A program made the position numbers and the translations under genes. From an uncultured Gammaproteobacteria bacterium (GTDB lineage: Bacteria; Patescibacteriota; Microgenomatia; UBA8517): DNA of 64,000 bases. Positions 30,131 to 40,424 of the stretch are shown in pieces. The first letter of the stretch is position 1, and every line of letters starts with the position of its first letter. The notes beneath the pieces were generated by a model. The model was not told the origin of the DNA, ran no database searches, and was given only the letters and a program-made list of their open reading frames with translations. Location: assembly GCA_964599625.1 (NCBI GenBank), contig CAZRGC010000002.1:135883-199882 (forward strand), read 5' to 3'.

Positions 30131-30802
30131 CTAGTTGTCGGCGAGAGCTTTGAACACATACGGTGCAATGCGAACGATGAAGTTCACGAGCGCCAGATAG
30201 ATGTTCATGGAAATCTCGACGGCGGCGGGCCAGGAATCTTCGGTGTACTGAAAGACAATCCGGTTGAAATGGAAGATCAGGTACACAAACCAGAACCCCG
30301 AGGCAAAGATGCCGATGAACCATTCAGCGCGTTGGCTTACAAACCCAACAAGCCCACCAATGGACAAGCCAAGGAGGACAATGAGGATGTAATAGAGCGG
30401 TCTCGCCAGAAACAGGAGGTTTACTCCGCTGAAAAGGCCGATCAATGACGCAACGAGGGTGGCACCAAATGCAATGCCCAACACGGTCAGGGTGGCGCGG
30501 TTGGTTTCTTCAGGGTCCATCTTGTTGAGAGCGCCCAATGCGGCAAAGAAACCACCGAGGTCAGCGGCCACTGCGGCTCCAAACACAAAGAGTGTGCCGT
30601 AGATGAGGAACGCGTTGCCTGTGGCCACGACCGGAGGAATCACAAACCAGATCATGACCAGGGCGAGCACGAAGCTTCCCAAAATCACAAGCCAGTTGAA
30701 GTAGTTCCGGAAAATGTAGGCGGCAATGGTTCCACCGATGAGCATGGTTACGAGCAACTCAAGTGAGCGCTCGAGCAAAGCGATTTGATCAGGTGTGATC
30801 AT
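30131..30802 (-). CDS. Bax inhibitor-1/YccA family membrane protein
   Basis: ~7 TM; C-terminal AAVEISMNIYLALVNF. Confidence 0.75.
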   Translation of the reverse strand: MITPDQIALLERSLELLVTMLIGGTIAAYIFRNYFNWLVILGSFVLALVMIWFVIPPVVATGNAFLIYGTLFVFGAAVAADLGGFFAALGALNKMDPEETNRATLTVLGIAFGATLVASLIGLFSGVNLLFLARPLYYILIVLLGLSIGGLVGFVSQRAEWFIGIFASGFWFVYLIFHFNRIVFQYTEDSWPAAVEISMNIYLALVNFIVRIAPYVFKALADN

Positions 30803-31042
30803 ATTTTTTTAAACCTTTCGCCGGTTGATTGAGGAATATACAGAAAAACAGAGGGTTTAATTCCGTTTTACTCCTATCCCTCAATCAGTTGTCTGAAGCT
30901 GTAAAAGTACCAAGGTGGATTTTGTCCACCAAGGCTGAATAATAACACAAACAAGCCTAAAAGTCAAGTTATAGGATATAAATATCACGTTTTGGTTACA
31001 AAAAAAGCCCCGGGCAATTTGCTGTCTTGCCTGGGGCGTGTG

Positions 31043-31252
31043 TCAAAAGGAGTTGGCGATAGCGCTTACCAAAAGGTAAATCAGATACCCAATGAGTACT
31101 GCTATCCCCGCAAGCCCTTCGACTAAAAGCGTAAACCACGCAGTCTCGTGTGCTTCGTCGCCGAAAACTCCCAGGAGTCCCAAAAGATGCACAATCGGGA
31201 AGTTTAGGTATACGAAAAACCAAATACAGCCCATAAAAACTCCTAAAAACAC
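31043..31252 (-). CDS. small membrane protein
   Basis: hydrophobic ORF after a stop; terminator at about 30999-31036. Confidence 0.45.
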   Translation of the reverse strand: MFLGVFMGCIWFFVYLNFPIVHLLGLLGVFGDEAHETAWFTLLVEGLAGIAVLIGYLIYLLVSAIANSF

Positions 31253-31705
31253 CTATGAGTCGTAGGTGAAATGTATGTCTGCAGACTGAGCCAAAAATGT
31301 TTGTGAGCCTGGTTCGTATATCTGAACATTAAACTTCAAGTCGGCATGTCCTTTTGCCATGTGCAACTCGTCGTATGGCATAAATATAACCAGATCGTTG
31401 TAATGGCTGTTTACATACGGCAGGTTTAACTTTTGGGAAACGCTAACCTCACCGGTTACTGTTCGGTAAGCTTTGTTAGTGTCCTTTAGGGCTTGGCCGC
31501 TCTTGTAATAAAAGTAAGCCACTGCTTTGACATCCAATCCTTGGCAACCATTTACATCGAAACGTAAATGAATACGCATACCTTTGACGCCACCTTCGTG
31601 TACGTTGTGATCTACCCAAACATTCTCGAATTTGGCGGATTTAGGCGTTTGAGTACTTGGTTTCTGGGCATTGCGGATTACTATTTTAAAGTTTGGAATT
31701 AACAT
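31253..31705 (-). CDS. hypothetical beta-rich domain protein
   Basis: ATG 31705 directly after the upstream TGA; WVDHNV..GMRIH..FMPYDELH. Confidence 0.7.
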   Translation of the reverse strand: MLIPNFKIVIRNAQKPSTQTPKSAKFENVWVDHNVHEGGVKGMRIHLRFDVNGCQGLDVKAVAYFYYKSGQALKDTNKAYRTVTGEVSVSQKLNLPYVNSHYNDLVIFMPYDELHMAKGHADLKFNVQIYEPGSQTFLAQSADIHFTYDS

Positions 31706-31706
31706 C

Positions 31707-32501
31707 TCAGAATCCTGCCTTTTGGATTGCGACGTCCCAAGTCCGCATTTCATTGTAGATAATCTGCGCCGAGGATCTTGCTCCATATTGTTGGACAGCC
31801 AGATTTGGGTCAACCAATAATTTACTGGTCCGGCTTGGGTCATAAAGGTCCATTACATGTGTTACCAATGTGTTGTAGGCAACTGCTTGACCATAAATAA
31901 CCTTATTAACACCGTATGCAGCTGTATCATAAATACTGACTACAGGGATGAGTGCGGCAGCACCAACAGATATTCCGAGAGCTCCCGCGGTCGTCTTGTC
32001 GTACCCGTCTTTCAATGCAAGGTCGACAATTTCCTTTGCACCAAAAGTAGCTCCTGCAACACTCAACGCTTTATCCGGGACGTTCACCATTTGTATAAGC
32101 TTTTGCATAGCTTGGTAAGCTTCGCCGTAGGCCTTAAGGCTTGAAACTATGAAACCGGCTCCGCTAGCAAACTGATTTAAGGCTTCAATCTGTGCCTTGG
32201 TCAGTTGCTTGGTTTCGTTGGGTTGCGGAAAGACCAACTGCGTTTTTGGATCAGGGCTCGTTGAGTTTCGGCCGCTGCTTAATGGGTTAAAATCTGCTTT
32301 ACTCATCTCACGAATCGACGGCCCACTGCTCATTCTGAGGTCGTTATCGGCATGCGGATTATTTTTCCAAAACTCTGTTGCTTTCTGCTTCATTTTTTTG
32401 TCGCAGGAAGGACAAAGTTCGGGAGGGACGTCAAACATTCCCCCACCTTCATATTGAAAATCTTTACCACATTTTCCACATTTCTTGGTATAGATAGCCA
32501 T
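31707..32501 (-). CDS. hypothetical protein with N-terminal zinc ribbon
   Basis: CGKCG..CPSC; AGGAG SD. Confidence 0.75.
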   Translation of the reverse strand: MAIYTKKCGKCGKDFQYEGGGMFDVPPELCPSCDKKMKQKATEFWKNNPHADNDLRMSSGPSIREMSKADFNPLSSGRNSTSPDPKTQLVFPQPNETKQLTKAQIEALNQFASGAGFIVSSLKAYGEAYQAMQKLIQMVNVPDKALSVAGATFGAKEIVDLALKDGYDKTTAGALGISVGAAALIPVVSIYDTAAYGVNKVIYGQAVAYNTLVTHVMDLYDPSRTSKLLVDPNLAVQQYGARSSAQIIYNEMRTWDVAIQKAGF

Positions 32502-32645
32502 ATATACTCCTATCTGTTAAAGTACTCTGCAAAATTGCAGGGCGAGCGCAGTTTATCCTATCTGCCTATTTTTTCCAAGTAAGCCCGTTGGTGCTTGTTT
32601 CATCACGATTTGGTATAATACACATACTTTCTTTAAGTCATTCCG

Positions 32646-33521
32646 ATGCGAAAATTCTTAGCGGTACTGATTGCGTTTTTTGGCCTTTTAGCCTTTGGGG
32701 CAACCTCTTTGGTGGCCAAAACCCCAACACCATCCCCCACGCCTACTGCTGTTGCCACACCCACACCCGAACCTCCCAGGGTGGACATTACCCAAAAGAG
32801 TGAAGAAAGCCTTGGACCTTTGGAAATGCTACTTAAAACTCAGGAAGTTGGCCCAACTTGGCCGTGGAATCCTGTCAAAACCGCCATCAGGGGGGCAGTG
32901 GATAGCGGGGTTCCTGCAAACACAATTGTACTTCTCCTTCTTTTACCGATTGTGGCTTTTGTTATCGCCTTTTCCAGAAACGTTGTAGGTATTCGCGGAT
33001 TCGGTATTTTTATGCCCGCGGCACTTTCTGTGGTGTTTGTGGCCACGGGGCCGGTTGTGGGGATTGCCGTATTTTTGGTGATCGTTATTGTTTCCACCGC
33101 GGTGAGACTTGCACTCAGAAAAGTCAAACTCAGACTCCAGTATTTGCCCAGGATGGCATTTATATTGTGGGGGGTGGTTCTTGGGGTTTTGGGAGTCCTT
33201 TTTACCGCACCCATTATCAAATATCCCGACCTTTCAAATGTTTCTATTTTTGCAATTCTGATCATGATTCTTTTGGCGGAGGACTTTACCCGAGTTCAGC
33301 TTGGCAAAAGTGCCAAAACAGCCCTAGGGCTTACATTTGAAACTTTGATTTTGGCACTTATTTCATTCCTGTTTTTGACTCTACAGCCTTTGCAAAATTA
33401 CGTTCTTCTTAATCCCGAGGCGTCCCTTATCGGTATAGCCATCTTGGACCTCCTTCTTGGGAAATATACTGGGCTTAGGGCAATGGAGTTCTACAGGTTC
33501 AGAAAACTTATCAAAAACTAA
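32646..33521 (+). CDS. 7TM_transglut-type membrane protein
   Basis: RNVVGIRGFGIFMP, LPR, GKYTGLRAMEFYRF. Confidence 0.9.
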   Translation: MRKFLAVLIAFFGLLAFGATSLVAKTPTPSPTPTAVATPTPEPPRVDITQKSEESLGPLEMLLKTQEVGPTWPWNPVKTAIRGAVDSGVPANTIVLLLLLPIVAFVIAFSRNVVGIRGFGIFMPAALSVVFVATGPVVGIAVFLVIVIVSTAVRLALRKVKLRLQYLPRMAFILWGVVLGVLGVLFTAPIIKYPDLSNVSIFAILIMILLAEDFTRVQLGKSAKTALGLTFETLILALISFLFLTLQPLQNYVLLNPEASLIGIAILDLLLGKYTGLRAMEFYRFRKLIKN

Positions 33522-33533
33522 AAACTGACTTAA

Positions 33534-34829
33534 ATGAAAATCTCATCCATCTTGGGTTTGAACGCCAGAACTCAGCTTTTTGCTTACCGCTACAACTCAA
33601 AGGCAGGCAAAAAAGTTGCGGATTCCAAATTGCAAACTGCAAGAGTTCTTAAGCACGAGGGTGTGCCTCATCCTACAATCTACAAAAAGTTTCGCGACCC
33701 GCAACAGGTGTTGGATTTTGATTGGATGCGCCTTCCCGAAAAGTTTGCCCTAAAGCCAAGCAGGGGTTTGGGTGGTGCCGGAATAATTGTTGTAAAGAAA
33801 AAGTCTGCAGACGGGAAAGGGTGGTTCACCACTCAAAAAGAAAAAGTAACACCCGATGATCTTAAACTTCATACTTTGGATATTCTCGAGGGTGCTTTTT
33901 CGTTGGGTAGTGAGCCCGATGTTGCTTTTGTCCAGGAGTATGTAGGTCGGCACGAAGCTTTCCGTAAATGGGCATTCAGAGGCACCCCCGATGTACGTGT
34001 AATTGTATTCAACAAAGTCCCGATTATGGCAATGTTAAGACTTCCCACCAGGGAATCGGGGGGGCGTGCCAACTTGCACCAAGGCGCACTTGGTGTGGGT
34101 GTAGATATTGCAACAGGTGTAACAACACGGGCAATATGGCATGGCGACCCGATTGTTTTCAAACCCGGCACGGACAAAAAACTCAGGGGAATTAAAGTTC
34201 CTGAGTGGGAGAATGTACTAATGACTGCAGTTAATGCCCAGGTGGCATCAGGATTGACATATATTGGTGTAGACATCGTGCTTCATCCAACAAAAGGCCC
34301 AATGGTTTTGGAGCTTAACGCCCAACCCGGACTTCAAATTCAGCTTGCCAATATGGAAGGCCTCAAAAAACGCCTGGAAAGGGTGGAAGACTTGGATGTA
34401 AGTGACGCCAAACATGGAGTCATGATTGCCAAGGCTCTTTTTGCTGGGCGATTTGCCAGCGCAAAGGCAATGGAAGCCGGGGTTAAGACTATTAAAAACG
34501 ATGAAGTAGTAAAAATACTTCTGCCCAACGGCAGGCGTGTGACGGTAAATGCCAAAGTGGACACCGGTGCGTGGAGAAGCTCGATTGATAAGTCGTTTGC
34601 CGAACGTCACGGTTTATTGGATAATGAAAATGTACTTTGGACCAAGGTTTTCAAAAGTGCATTGGGAAGTGAAAAACGCCCTGTAATCAACCTGAGTTAT
34701 TATCTGGCGGGAAACAAGATCAATACAATGGCGTCAGTAGCCAATAGGGGCAACCTCAAAAAAGAATTCATAATTGGCAGACGGGATTTGCAGGGATTTG
34801 TTGTAAAAGTTAACGATTACACGAAGTGA
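33534..34829 (+). CDS. ATP-grasp ligase (ATPgrasp_ST / alpha-L-glutamate-ligase-related) fused to a RimB-like retropepsin protease
   Basis: ILGLNAR, KPSRGLGGAGI, ANLHQG, ELNAQPGL; AKVDTGA..SSID, IGRRDL. Confidence 0.9.
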   Translation: MKISSILGLNARTQLFAYRYNSKAGKKVADSKLQTARVLKHEGVPHPTIYKKFRDPQQVLDFDWMRLPEKFALKPSRGLGGAGIIVVKKKSADGKGWFTTQKEKVTPDDLKLHTLDILEGAFSLGSEPDVAFVQEYVGRHEAFRKWAFRGTPDVRVIVFNKVPIMAMLRLPTRESGGRANLHQGALGVGVDIATGVTTRAIWHGDPIVFKPGTDKKLRGIKVPEWENVLMTAVNAQVASGLTYIGVDIVLHPTKGPMVLELNAQPGLQIQLANMEGLKKRLERVEDLDVSDAKHGVMIAKALFAGRFASAKAMEAGVKTIKNDEVVKILLPNGRRVTVNAKVDTGAWRSSIDKSFAERHGLLDNENVLWTKVFKSALGSEKRPVINLSYYLAGNKINTMASVANRGNLKKEFIIGRRDLQGFVVKVNDYTK

Positions 34830-34848
34830 TGAAATACACAAAAAGATA

Positions 34849-35745
34849 ATGGAGCAAAAGAAAATACTAATACTGGTAACCAAAATAAGTGAAACCAAAA
34901 ACAGGTTTTACGATGCCATAAGTGCAAAAATCTCCAAAGATGTAAAAGTTGATTTAGCCGTTTTTTCGGATATTGGAGTAGTTATTGATGGAGAAAAGAC
35001 TTCGGTTTTCATTGATGACACAGACATCAAAAATTACAACCTTATATACATAAGGAGATCTGGTGAGGAATACAAAAAGCTGGCTTCAATTGTTGCGCTT
35101 TATTGCCATTCCAAGGGGGTCAAGTGTTTGGATTCCGCCAACAGGGAAGCGGGAACTTTTTCCAACAAGTTGTATTCACTTCTTAAACTTCACAACGAAG
35201 GTTTTCCTGTCATACCCACCGTTATGGTCAACAGGAAAAAAGTTTTGCAGGAGGCGGACGGACTTGTTGCCAGATTTGGTTTACCGATGGTTGCCAAAGA
35301 TACTCATTCCCAACGCGGTAAAGGAGTTTTTTTGATCAAAGAAAAAGATGACTTCCAAACGGTTTTGGACAAAGTTTCCGACAATCAGCTGATGTTTCAA
35401 AAGTTTATAGAAAAGAAAAGAGAATACAGGGTTCTTGTTCTCAGAAACAAAATAGGTTGTTTCGAAGAAAAAGTAGCAGACCCTGGAGAGTTTCGGAACA
35501 ATGTTTCCCTGGGTGCTGCCGAGCTTTTTTTGGACATAGATTCTATCCCCACAACACTCAAAGACTTGGCTGTAAATGCCGCGGGGGCATTGGGGATTGA
35601 GATTGCAGGCGTAGACATTATAGAAGCGGTTGATGGCAACGATTACATTTTGGAAGTAAACAGGGGCCCGGGACTTACGTATGATTCTTCCGAATCTCCC
35701 GAAACCGCTAACATAGCAAAATTCCTGGAGGAGGAAGTCCAATGA
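34849..35745 (+). CDS. RimK family ATP-grasp ligase
   Basis: RGKGV, FQKFI, FRNNVSLG, AGVDII, LEVNRGPG. Confidence 0.9.
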   Translation: MEQKKILILVTKISETKNRFYDAISAKISKDVKVDLAVFSDIGVVIDGEKTSVFIDDTDIKNYNLIYIRRSGEEYKKLASIVALYCHSKGVKCLDSANREAGTFSNKLYSLLKLHNEGFPVIPTVMVNRKKVLQEADGLVARFGLPMVAKDTHSQRGKGVFLIKEKDDFQTVLDKVSDNQLMFQKFIEKKREYRVLVLRNKIGCFEEKVADPGEFRNNVSLGAAELFLDIDSIPTTLKDLAVNAAGALGIEIAGVDIIEAVDGNDYILEVNRGPGLTYDSSESPETANIAKFLEEEVQ

Positions 35746-36680
35746 AAAATATCGGCATCTGTTTCTCCAAAGAATTTGAAGGTGATAACCCCCTGGGTCA
35801 CATTGGCGTAAAACTTCCTGTTTATACAAGGCTTTTAGATCTTTTGGTTAAAGCGGGTTATTCGGCATTTGTATTGACAAAAAAGACATATGTTGGCGGC
35901 GGTGTCTTTGATGGTGTTTGGGAGTGGGGGGATATGGGTTTTGAAAAGCTGGACGAAAAAGTGCAGATGGATTTGGTGTATGACAGAAGCGCAGGCGTGG
36001 GTTTCCCACCCGAAGATGACGGGGTAATCTGGGTCAATAGAATCAGTTTTAAGACACTTTGCTGGGATAAATGGGCTGGGTTTAAAGAAATCGGTGAATA
36101 TATGCCTCAAACAGTGTTAGTTGAGTCGGAATCTGACATATCTAAAGCTGTGGAAGAAATAAAAACCGATTGGGTAGTTCTCAAACCTTTCAACGGACTC
36201 AAAGGTCTTGGGGTATTTATCGGACCAAAAGATGAAGCCGTAAGGTTTAAGTTCCCCGAAAAATACAAAAAATACATTGCACAGGAATTTGTGGACACAT
36301 CAAAAGGTATTACCGGTGTGACACCGGGTAAACACGACTTGAGAGTGGCGGTGGTAAATAGAGAACCTGTTTGGTGCCATGTAAGAGTCCCGGCAGAAGG
36401 AACATATTTGGCAAATGCGGCTCAGGGCGGAAACCTAACCGAAGTTGATTACAATAATGTTCCATCTGAGATAAAAAAGGTCGTGGAATCGGTTTCGGAG
36501 AAGTTCTATCAAGAACACGACAACCCCATTTTCAGTTTAGATTTCGGCATGAATTTTGACGGAAGGCCTTTGATTTTTGAAATAAATGATCAAATAGGTT
36601 TTCCCAAATGGGAAATGAACAATAGAGATATTTTTTTGAAAGCATTGGTTGCAAACTTCAGTTCAAAGCTTGGCAAGTGA
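35742..36680 (+). CDS. ATP-grasp protein (RimK/YheCD-like)
   Basis: VLKPFNGLKGLGV, AQEFVD, HDLRV, NAAQGG, FEIN. Confidence 0.87.
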   Translation: MKNIGICFSKEFEGDNPLGHIGVKLPVYTRLLDLLVKAGYSAFVLTKKTYVGGGVFDGVWEWGDMGFEKLDEKVQMDLVYDRSAGVGFPPEDDGVIWVNRISFKTLCWDKWAGFKEIGEYMPQTVLVESESDISKAVEEIKTDWVVLKPFNGLKGLGVFIGPKDEAVRFKFPEKYKKYIAQEFVDTSKGITGVTPGKHDLRVAVVNREPVWCHVRVPAEGTYLANAAQGGNLTEVDYNNVPSEIKKVVESVSEKFYQEHDNPIFSLDFGMNFDGRPLIFEINDQIGFPKWEMNNRDIFLKALVANFSSKLGK

Positions 36681-36692
36681 TACAATTGCGGT

Positions 36693-37259
36693 ATGGAAAA
36701 AGTCACATATAGGACCCCTGAACAAAGCTATGAAACATTTAATAAATGGCTTCAAGATTTAACTGTTGAAGGAAAAGTGGGGGATATAGAACCCTCCGTG
36801 GTACGTTTTGTTTTGGAAGGAATGGGGGCCAATTTTGAAATAAGCGAAAGCGAAAGGGAGTCTTTGGGCAAGTATTCCAACAAAGGAAAAAGGGAGGGAC
36901 TCAATGCAGTTTGGGGAACAGATAAGATAGACACTTTTAAATCCTGGGTGATAGGCGAGTATATTCCGTATATAGAGAAAGCAGCAGGTCGGGATCTCCA
37001 CACTTTGTATGACAAAAAGACTGATACATATGACGATGTAAAACATTCAGGGATGATGCAATTTTTGGGAGAGCTAACTGCATATGCATCTGAGCAGATG
37101 GATTTTGATAAGTACAAAAGAATAACTGAGAACCGGTATTCAAAAGGGAAACATTGGCAATACGGAGATCGTGAAGAAAAATACGTCCCAAGCAAAAATT
37201 CCTCGTTCCCGGTAGATTTTCCACGCAAGGCGATAGACAGACTTAGTGCCTCATTTTAG
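36693..37259 (+). CDS. hypothetical protein
   Basis: 188-aa ORF, TACAAT just upstream. Confidence 0.7.
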   Translation: MEKVTYRTPEQSYETFNKWLQDLTVEGKVGDIEPSVVRFVLEGMGANFEISESERESLGKYSNKGKREGLNAVWGTDKIDTFKSWVIGEYIPYIEKAAGRDLHTLYDKKTDTYDDVKHSGMMQFLGELTAYASEQMDFDKYKRITENRYSKGKHWQYGDREEKYVPSKNSSFPVDFPRKAIDRLSASF

Positions 37260-37420
37260 GCCTTTTTTATCATTTTTGAATACATACTTAGAACTTCACT
37301 TTGTGAAAATAACAATACTTTCACGGACCGAAGTTAATACGAACCATTTTTGAGTAATAAATTAATGCCACAAAAAATCCCGCCTCCTCGGCGGGATAAT
37401 TTGTTGTCAGTTAAACCAAA

Positions 37421-37825
37421 TTACTTTAGTTCAACTGTTGCTCCTGCCGCTTTAAGTTTTTCTGCGGCTGCTTTGGCATCTTCTGCTTTTGCATCCTTCA
37501 AAATCTCTGCGGGGACTGCCTCGGTCATTCCTTTGGCGTCCATAAGAGTCAAGTTTTGGTTAATCTCACGGAGTGCTTTGATAACGCCGATCTTGTTGGC
37601 ACCTGCGTTGGTCATAACGACCGTTTGATTTCCACCTTCTTCAGCTGCGGGGGCTGCTGCGGCACCTGCTGCTGCGGGGGCTGCGGCTGCTGCTACCGGC
37701 ATAGCGGTAACACCGAGTTTGTCCTGAAGAGCGTTTACGAGCTCAGAAAGCTCGAGGACTGTAAGTCCGGAAACTTCCTCAACCAATTTTTCTACTTTTG
37801 CTGAAACTTTAACTTCGTCTGTCAT
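37421..37825 (-). CDS. rplL: 50S ribosomal protein L7/L12
   Basis: LTVLELSELV, Ala hinge, KIGVIK, AGATVELK. Confidence 0.97.
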   Translation of the reverse strand: MTDEVKVSAKVEKLVEEVSGLTVLELSELVNALQDKLGVTAMPVAAAAAPAAAGAAAAPAAEEGGNQTVVMTNAGANKIGVIKALREINQNLTLMDAKGMTEAVPAEILKDAKAEDAKAAAEKLKAAGATVELK

Positions 37826-37835
37826 AATTATTTCA

Positions 37836-37908
37836 CCTCCCTTCGCCCTGCCGTAGCTTTAGCGAAGGAGGGTTGGTTATATTCCTTCGGGCTACGGAGA
37901 GGCAAGCC
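37836..37908. repeat. REP-like palindromic elements between rplJ and rplL
   Basis: CCTTCGC..GCCGTAGCTTTAGCGAAGG hairpin and CCTTCGGGCTACGGAG. Confidence 0.6.
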
Positions 37909-37911
37909 TCC

Positions 37912-38436
37912 TTACGGAGTTTTTTTACTCGCCTCACTTAAGATATAGACTAACTTCTGCATATTTGCATTCAATGTTCCCACCAGTCCGTATTGGGGAG
38001 CGACCAATGCTCCAAGGACCTGAGCCAAAAGGGCATCACGACCAGGAAGTGTTGAGAGTTTTCCAAGGTTTGTCTCGTCTTGGAACATTCCTTCGACAAC
38101 ACCGACTTTGAACTTTGGTTTTTCGAATTCTTTAGCAAATTTACCAAGAACTTGAATAGGGGCGATTGCGTCTGTGTCTGCAATTACCAAGGCGGTTTGT
38201 CCGGAGAGCACTGTGTCTGTTAATACTTTTTCGTCTATCTTGGCGGCTTCACCTGCTCTTTTGAGAAGTGTGTTTTTGACGACAACCATGCGACCTCCGA
38301 CTTCGGAAAGTCTGGCTTTGAGATCTTGCTGGGCCTTAACTGAAAGGCCTGAGTAGTTAACCAAAACCAAAGACTTGGCGTCTTTAAGCTCTTTTGTAAG
38401 ATCTTCTACAAATGTAATCTTGTCTGCTTTTAACAT
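37912..38436 (-). CDS. rplJ: 50S ribosomal protein L10
   Basis: YSGLSV, VVKNTL, LSTLP. Confidence 0.96.
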   Translation of the reverse strand: MLKADKITFVEDLTKELKDAKSLVLVNYSGLSVKAQQDLKARLSEVGGRMVVVKNTLLKRAGEAAKIDEKVLTDTVLSGQTALVIADTDAIAPIQVLGKFAKEFEKPKFKVGVVEGMFQDETNLGKLSTLPGRDALLAQVLGALVAPQYGLVGTLNANMQKLVYILSEASKKTP

Positions 38437-38444
38437 GTTTTAGT

Positions 38445-38540
38445 TTCTGTGCCCAAATGGAGTAAAAAGAAGTCTTTTTGCCTCCAGCGTGTCTTATTAC
38501 TTAGGGGCGAACCCCTTTGATTGCGCGCTTTCTTAGGACA
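38445..38540 (-). promoter_or_regulatory. probable L10 leader RNA
   Basis: CCTAAGAAAGCG..TAA..CGCTGGAGG directly 5' of rplJ resembles the L10 leader pattern. Confidence 0.5.
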
Positions 38541-38582
38541 AAGGAATTGTAACAGGAAGATTTAGATTAGGCAAGGGGAGCG

Positions 38583-39005
38583 TCAGCCGTCGGTTCGGGC
38601 ACGTTTAATCGTTTTAACGTAGTCAATGTCTCCTTGATCTGTCATATTGAGTCCTTGTCTAACAGCTTCGTCGTAGTCAGCTTTGGTTAAGCCCGAATAA
38701 TCCAACCCTTTTGGTTTTGAGTCCATTTGTCCAAATTTGACAGTGGCTCTGCCCACCTTGCGGCGATAATCCTCTGCGGTCACTGGTTGGCTGTGTGGAG
38801 CATTGCTTTCCCTAAGTTGTTTATCGGTTAATTTGGACCCTGTGTGTTCTTTCAATCCTTCTGTTTTAACCGTTACCGGGTGCCAGTTTGCCCATGCTTC
38901 GTTTCCTGTATCTTCACCGTACTCTCGGGTGGTTTTTTCTGCTTCCATCAGGGGGCTAGGGTGGGTGTTGGCATCAAAATTATCGCTTTTATTGTTGTCC
39001 ATCAA
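38583..39005 (-). CDS. hypothetical protein
   Basis: 140 aa, start overlaps the upstream stop. Confidence 0.65.
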   Translation of the reverse strand: MMDNNKSDNFDANTHPSPLMEAEKTTREYGEDTGNEAWANWHPVTVKTEGLKEHTGSKLTDKQLRESNAPHSQPVTAEDYRRKVGRATVKFGQMDSKPKGLDYSGLTKADYDEAVRQGLNMTDQGDIDYVKTIKRARTDG

Positions 39006-39622
39006 AGCTTTTTATTTTCTGGAAGTAAATCATATGCTCTTACTACATTCCAACCTTCTTTAACCAAAGTGTCTTTTTGAGCAGGAAGCATAAACTCTAT
39101 AAATTTTGGATGATCAGAAGATGGGGTTCTACCTTTCAGTAGGCGACTGGTTAGTGCGCCTGATTCTTTGAAATATCTTGGCCCCAGTTTCGTGTTCACC
39201 TCAAGAATTGAATTCTCAGGCATTGAATGGATTCTGATTGGTTGTTCATCTTCCGATCCTGGGAATATTCCAAAAAAGGGAGTAGCTTCCAGAACCGGTT
39301 GTGTGGAAACAGTAAAATAGTCGTAAATTGTTTCGTCTTTTGGCTTTTCTTTTGATAATGGGAGTGTGGCCTCGTGTGAGCTTGAGGCCGACTTGGCAGC
39401 AACTTCTTTACTAAGCATTTCAACATATCTGGTTTGTGGATTGTCGGGCGGGGCGCCTTGTCCGGTTGTTTCTGCGTCTTTCCTTTGCCTTTCGCGGAGT
39501 GCCCCAAGCTCTGCTTGTCTTTTGTTGTGAATATCCAGCGATTCTTGCCAGAGATTTTCCTCCATTGCGGGAACTTGAGCAAAACTTGTTATTTTTTCAT
39601 CACCACTGGTAGATTCAGCCAT
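39002..39622 (-). CDS. hypothetical protein
   Basis: 206-aa ORF. Confidence 0.7.
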   Translation of the reverse strand: MAESTSGDEKITSFAQVPAMEENLWQESLDIHNKRQAELGALRERQRKDAETTGQGAPPDNPQTRYVEMLSKEVAAKSASSSHEATLPLSKEKPKDETIYDYFTVSTQPVLEATPFFGIFPGSEDEQPIRIHSMPENSILEVNTKLGPRYFKESGALTSRLLKGRTPSSDHPKFIEFMLPAQKDTLVKEGWNVVRAYDLLPENKKL

Positions 39623-39667
39623 AATACATCCATACTATTAAACTGCGTGAAAATTGTCAAAAGGGGA

Positions 39668-40423
39668 TTAAACTATGGCAAGTTTGACACTGGGGGACAT
39701 TGTGGACTTGATGTAGCCCCTAACGATGCTTCTGGCGCCTCCTAGGGCCTTTAGAATGGCTTCCACGTTCTCTTTTATCTCTATATCGCTTTGGCTGTTT
39801 TTACCTACAACTGTGTGTACCAAAGGAGCTTCTTTCTCGGTTTTGATTGTCACAGTTCCTGCCGAGAAGCTTTTGGCTTTTTTGGGATCTGCAACCAATG
39901 TTCCGTTTTTGGGATTAGGCATAAGTCCTTTAGGTCCCAAGACTCTGGCAAAAGGTACCAATTTGGGCATCATGTCGGGTGTGGCTACCAATACATCAAA
40001 GTCAATTTTTCCTGCTTTGATGTTTTCGATTGTTTCGTCTGTGGCTATTTCCACTTTTTTCTCTTTTCCTGCAGAATGGGGAAGACTTACCTGAACACTA
40101 ACCCCAACTTTTTTGACAACCAAATGCAGTTCCATTGTTCCGTCAAACTTGGAGTAAGAAGTTTCTTTGACTAAAGTGATAGCTTTCTCGATGGAGTATG
40201 CTTTTCCTGCTTCAATCTTGGATTTAACACCCTGGTATTTTTGGGATCTGACCTTTTCCTTACCACTTTTTTTGGCTTCTGCTGCCTGTGTTTCAGTGGT
40301 TTGAGATTCATCGACTGCTGCATCAACCATTTTTACTCTGGCTCCGCCTTTGAGACCTGCAATGTGAACTTTGTTTTCGTCTGCTTTGGTTGCCTGTTTG
40401 TGTTTGTCGTCGTTTTTGGACAT
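39668..40423 (-). CDS. rplA: 50S ribosomal protein L1
   Basis: KFDGTMEL, LGPKGLMPNPKNGT, STMSPSV. Confidence 0.97.
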   Translation of the reverse strand: MSKNDDKHKQATKADENKVHIAGLKGGARVKMVDAAVDESQTTETQAAEAKKSGKEKVRSQKYQGVKSKIEAGKAYSIEKAITLVKETSYSKFDGTMELHLVVKKVGVSVQVSLPHSAGKEKKVEIATDETIENIKAGKIDFDVLVATPDMMPKLVPFARVLGPKGLMPNPKNGTLVADPKKAKSFSAGTVTIKTEKEAPLVHTVVGKNSQSDIEIKENVEAILKALGGARSIVRGYIKSTMSPSVKLAIV

Positions 40424-40424
40424 A

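Noticed and set aside
31707-31843. Programmed frameshift between overlapping ORFs
   Set aside because: An ATG at 31705 directly follows the upstream stop, so no overlap is needed
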